64,000 bases of DNA from the human T2T-CHM13v2.0 reference genome, Homo sapiens: NCBI RefSeq assembly GCF_009914755.1, contig NC_060929.1. One strand, written 5' to 3'. The first letter of the stretch is position 1; every line of letters begins with the position of its first letter. The position numbers were made by a program, and so were the translations under genes. The notes beneath the pieces were generated by a model, which was not told where the DNA came from, did no database searches, and saw nothing but the letters and a program-made list of their open reading frames with translations. This document shows positions 54,691 to 64,000 of the stretch, piece by piece.

Positions 54691-57329
54691 TAGCTACTGT
54701 CTCCCAAGGTTCACCTCATTTCCACTTTATTAATGGGTTCTACCTTTTTGCTCAGAGTTAAGAGTTGGCCGTATTTCCTTTATTGATCCATCTGCTTCTG
54801 AAAAAAGATGTTATTAGTAAATGATATTAGAAATTTATGAGATGTTCTGCCTTCAGCAGGATGAGACTTCCCACAGGTATCCTAGTAGTGGAAGTCCCAG
54901 GAATATTGGTAATATCTGTGCCAGTTTTAACAATACTACCAAAATTCTATTACCTTGTGGCCCCAAATCTTTTAGAAAGGAGTATCAACAAAAGCATTTG
55001 CCTCATATTAACCTGTTAAATTACTTTAGCAATCAATCACATTTGGGGCTTATTGTATAGCCATTGGGAATCACAAATATTATTCCTGAAACTTTCCCAC
55101 TATTTCTTCTTGAAAATTGTTAATTGCCCCTCAATAACATTAATAACCTCTCCCATATAGATGCTGACCATCTAGCACTCAATATTCTGTGTCATCTTTC
55201 TTTCATATTTTTATAGTTTTTCTTAGACTTTTTTTCTTCCTCATCATTTCAGGATTTCCATTTCTTTTTCTTTTTAAATGAATTCCTTCAAGCCTTCATA
55301 AGTGGCTCTCAATCTTTGCCAGGAACTTATCCCAAGCCATGGTATGCCAGCCATGTAGCTACCACTCACATCTCACAACTGCCTTCTTTTAAAGACAGAA
55401 TCTTCAACAAGAAGGATAAAAATATTATTGTGGTGCCTAGTTCTTAAATTTCCTATCTAGAATAGAGACATATGTAAATTTCTCCTGACTTTATCATTTG
55501 TTCCCATGTGAGCACACAGATGAGTGGTAGCAGGCTTAGGCTGGGCTCTCCTTTTCAGATATCTTCAAACAGGTGACACAGTTCTGAATTGACTGGGTCA
55601 GGAAAACTACAGTCATCTCCTTATTCTCACTACGGATAAGCTCCCAAAACACATCTTCCACCTGGAAAATTAGTGGGCATATAGATATTGGAAGAGTAAA
55701 AGTAATTCTTAGAATCATTGATTCAAAGACAAAATCCTAAGAGATGGTAATAGGGGTTGGAAGAATGAGATTAAGGGAGTAACATGGTAATAGGAAAAGC
55801 AAGATTCCTTGATAAATTTTCCTGTTAGTGAGTTTTCTCATGCCATCCTGGAGCTCTCCCCTGCCCAGCAAATTAGAATTACAGTTGAACTGGAAGGTTA
55901 TTTTGTAAAGCCTTCTGACCTTTAGGCACTGTATTTGAGACTGAGGCAGGGAACAAAAGAAGTCCTAAATGTCACACACAGGTGTCATCAATCCCAGAAA
56001 GACTTGGACTTTGGTCACTTTTGAGAAACCACAGCTGCTAAGATAAATGGTGATTCCCACGAGGAGATTGTTCTGGAATCTGTCATCAGGATGCCCTTTT
56101 AGTTTTCAAGACCACTAATCTGGAAATGTGAAACTTGCTCATGATCCAGTTTTCCTTTCCTTTCAACTGCCTTTAATGAAGTCATAAGATCTGACAATGG
56201 CCAAGCAAGCAGCCATGGAGTGGATCCCAGGCTCTGGCATTTACTAGGTAAGGTCACTTTCTGGGGTGCTTAGACATAAAGGAAGCTGAAGGTGAAACAT
56301 TTAAGAGAGTGTATCTAAGAGTCAAAATGAGGGAGGCCAGATCCATGTTCCAGGAAATCAAGAACAGCACGAGAAGATAGACTAAAGAAAGACCATTTTA
56401 CCATTAATTGGGGCTGGGAGATGAGAACTTTCTCTTTTATATAAGTGACTCTCTGTGGTATGACACCTGTGTTAAAAGCACTGGGCAGACTCAATAAGAA
56501 CAACCATTCCCCCAAAAAGAAACATCTTCCATTCTCTTAACCTGAAGCAAAGTAAAAATGAAGAGCTCTAGAATTTTATCATCAGGAGCTGTTCCCCTTA
56601 ATGAGTAGAAGCTGGAAAGTCAAAGGTATGGCTTATCATGCAGTATACCAAGACCAGCAGCCACTCCTAAGCATCTATTTGGACGGTCTCAGGGATGACA
56701 ATGTTGTTGGGAGAAGGGACTGGGGGCTTAATTAAAGCAGATTCAGTTAGATTTTGCATTTATTTTGGGGTAGCTTCAAGGTTGAAGGAGATGTGGTCTA
56801 ATGCCTATAGAGAGGCAAGAATCCTCAACCCACCTCCTCACAATCAGATTCGTTTACTCCACTGATGATTAAGTTGTGCTGAAAAAGATGCAGAGAACTG
56901 TGAAAAAGGTGTTTGTGAGGAGGACAAGACACACAACCCGACCCCGATAATACAATATATAAAAATTATTTGAAGGGAGTACAATTCAGATTTCCAGGCT
57001 ATATTTCCATTTTTACCCGTGCAAGTAGAAAAAATAATGAAAAGAATGGTGAGGGAAAGAGATATAATAGTAATGAGATAATTTCACCTTATTAGAGAAA
57101 AGAGAGAGGAGTTCATCACTGTCTAAGTCCAAAAAGGTTAATGGGGAAATAATGATGAGCACATATTCTCCATGCCCAAGGTAGACATAATAAAAGAAAG
57201 CAGGCTGAAGCCATGGCTAGAGTGGAGACTGATCTGGGTAATAGAATTTCCTCCTCTACAGGCTATTAGAACTGAAAACATGCTCTTTTTCTAATATGGC
57301 TTAGTTGCAGCTTCAATGATGTTCTCACT

Positions 57330-57615
57330 ACCTATCTATCCCTCAGGCATGATAAGCACAGTCAGCTTAAATAAGGGCACTTCCCACCAGTTTCTGCCTG
57401 GGGCTGGGGAAACAGACCCAGCTGACATCTTGACCATAACCTCATGAGAGACCATATGCTGGATCAACCCAGATAAGCCACTCCCCAATTCCTGACCCAT
57501 GAGATTTTAATGCATATTGTTGTTTTAAGCAACTAAGTTTTGGGGTGATTCCTTAAGCAATTAAGTTTTGGGGTGATTCCTTAAGCAACTAAGTTTTGGG
57601 GTGATTCCTTATGCC
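57330..57615 (+). mobile_element. MLT1 (G/H-like) 3' fragment
   Basis: 'cagctgacatcttgaccataacctcatgagagacc', 'gccactccccaattcctgaccca', 'ttgttttaagcaactaagttttgggg'. Confidence 0.7.
57525..57608 (+). repeat. 28-bp tandem repeat, 3 copies
   Basis: ttaagcaa(c/t)taagttttggggtgattcc x3, one mismatch. Confidence 0.95.
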
Positions 57616-57649
57616 TCTGGACCTGTGGAACAGAAGAGAAAGAATCACA

Positions 57650-57905
57650 GTTATTACTTTTTTAAACTATAGACATTTTATTTTTAACCCTATTGGAAAC
57701 TGTCCCATATCAGTACATAAAGGGTTATTCCACTGTATGGTGGTAGGTACAACAATTTATTTAGACAATCCCCTATGGATGGACATTTAGATTATTTTAG
57801 TATTTCAAAGCATGCTTCAACGTACCTATGTGTACCATCACCTTTTTGTACACATACATATAAAAACACAGAACAAATCCCTAGAATTGGAATTGTTGAT
57901 ATCCA
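57650..57905 (-). mobile_element. L1ME-like fragment
   Basis: 'aatttatttagacaatcccctatggatggacatttagattatt', 'cctagaattggaattgttg'. Confidence 0.6.
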
Positions 57906-59474
57906 GGCTTCTCACTCAGTATCTACAGGAGTTGCCTGATCCTTGATGCATCATCTACCTACTCCTAGTTCTCACTCAAGTACTGGAACTTCTACTAACT
58001 GTAAGCTGCCTGGAGACCCTACTGTACTCATCAGATAAGGAGCACTTTATGTAAACTCAGAGAAAATAGCTGAAAACTTTATGGGTGAGTTATTAAAAAC
58101 ATTAAAACAGGACTATTCCAACAAGTCCATTACTGTGTCCTGCATAGACTCTTAGGTCAATAAAAAGTTCTCAAACACCTAATGTGATAAAACATAGTGT
58201 GAGAGCCAAAAAGAAATGAAAGACTTGGTCTTCACCCTTCAGAAGTTGGAAATCAATTCTCCCCACCAGTTGGGACTCAGAAGAGCTAAATTCAATCAGT
58301 TGGTTTTTCTCCCTCAACGACACAGCTCCAGTTGCCAGGGGAGAAATTGCCCTGAGGTCACTGAGGATAGAAATACACTCTTGGGTGGACTCCCTCTATC
58401 TTTTCATTTTTCTCTCACACATAGGCACACAATTTTTTTGTGATGAAGTAAAACTATACCGTTATGAATAGAGGGCATTGGTTGAATGATGTGGCTTTTC
58501 CACTATCTTCATGTACTTCTTTAATCCAGAGTGGTTTTCTTTGTTTTGATAAAATGCACATGTGTTTTTATGTACATCTAATGTTTCAGTGACTTCCAGT
58601 CTATTTTGACCATGGCTAACAGTATGAAACACATTGACAATACAATCCATCCAACCATCTACCCATCTATGTATATCTTTTTGAAAAGCATCACCAAAAG
58701 CACTTAACCTTATTATGCATAATATTTTCTGATAGTTTATATTCTAGTCTATTCCATTTTGTAAAAATGCTGGTCTCAACCCACTTAATTTCACAATCTA
58801 CTAATGGGTCATGACCTGCAGTTTTAAAAACACCACACTCTCTATACCACACTACAGGCCTGGAGTAAAATCCAAGTGTTTGCCTTGTGTAATAAAAACC
58901 TTAAAAGCCTTTGAGCCCTGCTTGTTAGATTTGTTCTTCCTTTAAAAGTTAGAAGTTATCCCTGCCAAATGTGCTGGAAGCAATATAAATCCAAGACTTT
59001 CTCATAAGTCGGCATGAATATGCTGTCATTTGGGGCTGGTATTGGGAATATCAGTAAGTGCACCTTGTTCTGTCATTCTTCTTGACTGTCTGTCGCAGCT
59101 GGAGAGGTACTTTCCCTCCAGATGCCCTTTGATGGAGTTCACAGGAAAAGAATGCAAATGCTAGTCTGCCCAGGCCAAGAATCTGTCTCCCTGCAGCTGA
59201 TTGGGTTACGTGGTGGGGAGAGGCGTGTGTGTCTGTCACTAGGAAGAGTAATCTGCTGTATGGGGAATCCTGGGGAATAGAGTAAAATGAGAAGGCAGAT
59301 GTAAAATAATTCTCCCTAACGTTATGCCATCACACCCGGAGTAATATTAATGATCTCACATTTGTGTTTGGTCAGCCTAGGGACACAGAGGAGGGAAACT
59401 GATGTGATGGTTTGTGGGTCCGCTGTGTGTCAGGCCTTACTCTAGACACATACCTGTGTAGTCACTGGAGTAGG

Positions 59475-59850
59475 TGTAATAAGAGCTAATATGTTTTGGG
59501 TGCTTATTTTTCTTTAGGTATTTACAAGCATTATCCCATTTACATCTCACAATTCTATGAGGTTTGTACTATATGACTCCCAATTTTTCAGATGAAGAAA
59601 CTAAAGTTTAGATGGGAGGAATAATTTCCCCAGGGCTTCACAGCTAGTGTAAGACAGAACCAGGACTAGAGCCCAGGTATTCCCTAGTCCACAGCCTGTG
59701 CTCGTCACCACCACCCTGAATTATTGTAGGGGAGGGAACTGGCTCAAAAAGAGTAAGTAAAGGGTATGTAACCCCGGTTCCACAGCCAACAGGTGGCAGA
59801 GCCAGGATTCACAAAGAGTCTGTCTTGACGTCAAAGCCAGGTTCTTTCAC
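59475..59850 (-). mobile_element. Two adjacent MIR fragments
   Basis: 'tttttcagatgaagaaactaaag...cacagctagt' and 'cacagccaacaggtggcagagccaggattc'. Confidence 0.7.
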
Positions 59851-61323
59851 TAGAACCCTTCAACTCTGCTGCTTCCTGGGCCCATGGTGGCCAGGAGAAA
59901 TTTAAGGGGAAATGTGATTCTTTCTGGAATGCAAGTTTGAACATGGTAGGATGGAAAGATCTAGGGCTGCTATTGAGAAACATGTGTTCTAGTGTTGACT
60001 CTCCATAAACTTGCTGGGGGGTGAAGGGCCAGGGGACGAGGTCTCAAATAAATCATTCTGTGTCTTCAGACAAATAACTGCAAGCCAGTTGGCTTTTATG
60101 AGCTCCCTAAGGATCAAAGCTAGAAGTGTGAAGGATTTGGACATTTTAAAGTTGAATATAAATGTAAGACTTGACTTTTAAAATTCCTTCTTAAACCATG
60201 TACCTTATGACAAGAGAAATGTTATACTTTATTGCTTAGATGAATAGAAATAAACTGCTTGTGGTCAGGAACCATGTTTCATGGTTCTTACAATACTTAG
60301 CACTCAAGTCCTTCTCCACTGTTACCTTGGAAAGCATCGGAAAAGGAATTTCTACTGCCAGGGAAGACATTTAAAATTTGGGGTAGGGGAGAGGTTTCTA
60401 GATTGACAACCTCAACCTATTGTACGCATTTAAGTAATAATTGTAATAGTTGTTAATATTATACCTAGTTAATTTACATAAGTAGAATTCTAGATCATTG
60501 CCTCGAAAGGAATTTAATCATTCTGCTTATAATTTGGGAGCTTTCTATATCGCTTATGTATTGTTGCTTATTAGGGTAGTCAGATTGACAGACTGATAAT
60601 GGCCTCACAAAACTGTTAAGTTCATTTAGGACAGTGACTACATCTGTAATGCTTATTCTGGGGTCTCCAGAGCCTCCCCAACACAGTGCCTGCCATGTAG
60701 CAGGTGCTCAATGAACATTCATTGAATGAGTAAATGAAGCTGTGGGTCCTCTTGTTTTGATTTCAAAGGGAAAAGTCTTGGTTGGCAAATACTACAGAAA
60801 AATTTTTAACTTTGAAACAAAGTATCAAGGCTTTGCATATGATGACTATAGCTTATCTTCAGTGGCTAAGTATAGGCTTTTATCACTAAATGCCTCATGT
60901 GAGTACTTAGCCACGTTGGTTCTTTCTCTCTAAACAAACAAAAGCCCCATAGAGGTTTTCTGGGGTTTTTGCTTGCTTGCTTTCTGAAGTTTTTACAGTT
61001 TAAAATGTGCAAACTTCAACAAAGGGGTAGACCCAGTAACTTGAATCCTGGTTGGATACATGTTCTGCTACTTCCCTGTGCATGCACATCACCACTTCCA
61101 CCCACCCAAAGGGAAGATGCAGTGCTTGTCTACTATTCACAGGCAAGTCCTAGGAAAGATTAACCCACAATATTTGTGATGCAAGTTTTATAGAGGTCAA
61201 CCAAGGGCACAGTTAGCTATTAGGTCACCTTGCAATGCAGGATAAAGGGAAAATAGGATCCAGGGTGGAAACAGAAAATGGAATGGTAAAACAGAAGAAA
61301 ATGCCCTAACTAGAGTAAAGACT

Positions 61324-61755
61324 TGATATAGTTTGGTGTTCATCCCCTTGAATTCTCATGTTGAAATTTATTCCCAATGTTGGAGGTAGGGCCTAATGAT
61401 AGGTGTTTGGGCAATGGCAGAGGTGGGGCTCCCTCATGAATAGACTAGTGCCCACCCACCCTGGGCAGAGGGGTGTGAATTCTCCCTCTGTTAGTTCCTG
61501 AGAGAGCTGGTTATTGAAAACAGTCTGCACCTCCTTTCTCTCTTGCCTCCTCTCTTGCCATGGGATGTCTGCACACGCTGGCTCCCCTTCACCTTCCACC
61601 ATGAGTGGAAGCAGCTTGTGACCTTCACTAGAAGCAGATGCTGGCACCATGCTTCTTGAACAACCTGCAGAACCATGAGCCAAATAAATCTCTTTTCTTT
61701 ATAAATTACCTAGCCTCAGATATTCCTTTATAGCAACACAAAATGGACTAAGACA
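61324..61755 (+). mobile_element. MST (MSTB-like) MaLR solo LTR
   Basis: 'tgatatagtttgg...tctcatgttgaaatt...cccaatgttggaggtagggcct'; 3' end 'tatagcaacacaaaatggactaagaca'. Confidence 0.9.
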
Positions 61756-62232
61756 AAGCTTCTATTCAAAACCCAGATAGGGTCCTTGTTGTTTGAAGGA
61801 TAAGAGGTACAGAACAACAGCACAGCTATAGGAATAAACCCCATATAATTCACTGGGCATCCAGTTTCTATTTATGAGGAGCAGGTACAGTTCATCTTTT
61901 ATTTTTTATTTTTATATTCGTGAGAAAAGAAGGGAGATTATGAAAGTAAATATGGATCCCAGCATTAACAGCTGAATATATAAAGGAATTCAAGTGCTTT
62001 AATTAAAAAATTATGACCACAGTGAGATACACTTCACACCCATTGGGATGGCTATTATTAAAACATGGAAAATAACAAGTGTTGAATGAGGATGTGGGAA
62101 TAATGGAGCCCTCGTGCATTGCTGGCGGGAATTTAAAATGGTGCAATTTCTGTGCAAAACAGATTGGCAGTACCACAAACAGTTAAACATAGAATATTAC
62201 CACATGACCCAGCAATCCCACTTCTAGGTATA

Positions 62233-62573
62233 TGCTATGGTTTGAATGTGTCCCTCAAAGTTCATGTGTTGGAAACTTAATCCCCACTGTCACATTGTTC
62301 AGAGGTACAACCTTTAAGAGGTGGTCAGGTCCTGAAAACTCTCCCCTCATAAATGGATTAATGCCATTATCTTGGGAGTGGGTCCCTTTCTCTCTCTCAC
62401 CCATGTGATGCCTTCTGCCATGGTATGATGCAGCAACAAAGCCCTCACCAGATGCTAGTCCCTCAATCTTGGACTTCCCAGTCTCCAGAACCATGAGCCA
62501 AGCAAACTTCTACTGTTTATAAATTACTCAGTCTGTGGTATTCTTTCATAGCAGCAGAAAATGAATCAAGACA
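62233..62573 (+). mobile_element. MST (MSTC/D-like) MaLR solo LTR nested in L1
   Basis: 'tgctatggtttgaatgtgtccc' to 'aagaca'; 5-bp TSD gtata 62228-62232 / 62574-62578. Confidence 0.9.
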
Positions 62574-63064
62574 GTATATACTCAAAATCAAAATGGAAAG
62601 AACTGAAAACTGAGACTCAAATAAATATTTGTACCCCAATGTTCATAGGAGAATTATTCACAACAGACAAAACGTAGAAACAACCCAAGCATTCATTGAT
62701 GGATAAATGGATAAACAAAATGTAGTATAAATATATATAATGAAATATTATTCAGCCTTAAAAATGAAGGAAATTGTGACATGTGCTATAACATGCATCA
62801 ACTTTGAAAACATTATGCTAGTAAAATAAGCCTAAGATAAGGGACAAATATTGTGTAATTTCACTTCTATAGGGTACCTGAGTAGTCAAATTCAGAGTCA
62901 GAAAGTAGAATAGAGATTACCAGGGGCTGGGGAAAAGAGATAGTGGGAATTATTGTTAAATGGGTGCAGAGTTTCTGCTTGGGATAATGGAAATTTTCTG
63001 GTAATAGTGGGGATGATTGCACAACATTGAGAATATACTTACTGCCATTGAATTATACACTTAA

Positions 63065-63417
<353 letters not shown>

Positions 63418-64000
63418 TAAAGATGATATTGTAAAACCTAAGAATAGGTTAATTATATTCACAATGTTGTACAACCATCACCACCATGCTCTGCTACCTC
63501 CCTCAGTGTAGGTCTGCCACAGTGCACAGCCAGGGGAAATGGAACCTGTTGGTGTTCATTGGCTGCTCAGTTGGCCTAGAATAGCTTTCCTACACCAGGA
63601 AATGGGGAGATGGGAATGCCAGTTAGCTGCCGAACCCACTAGAACGGCTCCACCACAACACAGAATTGCGGGGAAAGAGGGCCTATACTCCTCACCAGCT
63701 TCTCCGCTCAGCTCCTCCCCACTGAGCAGCAGCTGAGGGTGGGGGAAACTGTCACCTGGATGCCCACCCAGGAGAGATCTTCTGTCTGTATAGGCTGGGG
63801 AGGTGGGAGTTGCCACCTGGCTGCCAAGCCCACTGGACAAGCCACCTGGAGCTGGGGAGGGGGAAGGGTGAAGATCCTAGCTTGATTGCCATGGCCTCTC
63901 ACTGTTACTACTGAGTTTCTGTAGATTTGTTGAATAAATATTCCTTAAATTGTTGTAAGCCCTTTGGCCAATCACCAAAGATTTTTGAGTGATTGTCTTT

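Overview
Primate (human-like) non-coding, repeat-rich genomic DNA. I found no intact protein-coding exon, RNA gene or CRISPR array. The window holds two full-length processed pseudogenes on the + strand. One derives from RPL10A (12931-13619, 11-bp target-site duplication, TSD). The other derives from YBX1 (48571-50560); its 3' UTR is interrupted by an AluJ that itself carries a nested AluY, and its 5' half remains CpG-island-like. The rest is a fossil record of transposons: about a dozen Alu/FLAM copies, solo LTRs (MER21, MER4, LTR8, LTR12F-like, MLT1, MST), a near full-length HSMAR2 mariner, hAT MITEs, MIR/L2/L1M fragments and microsatellites. I see no evidence for a new multi-gene system. 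The best leads are the CpG/GC-rich YBX1 retrocopy, a templated insertion in HSMAR2, a FLAM-FLAM homodimer with one TSD, two Alu monomers truncated at the same base, and a CTCF motif with a correctly spaced upstream module. Repeat subfamilies and parent-gene comparisons come from recalled consensus sequences and need RepeatMasker/BLAST confirmation.
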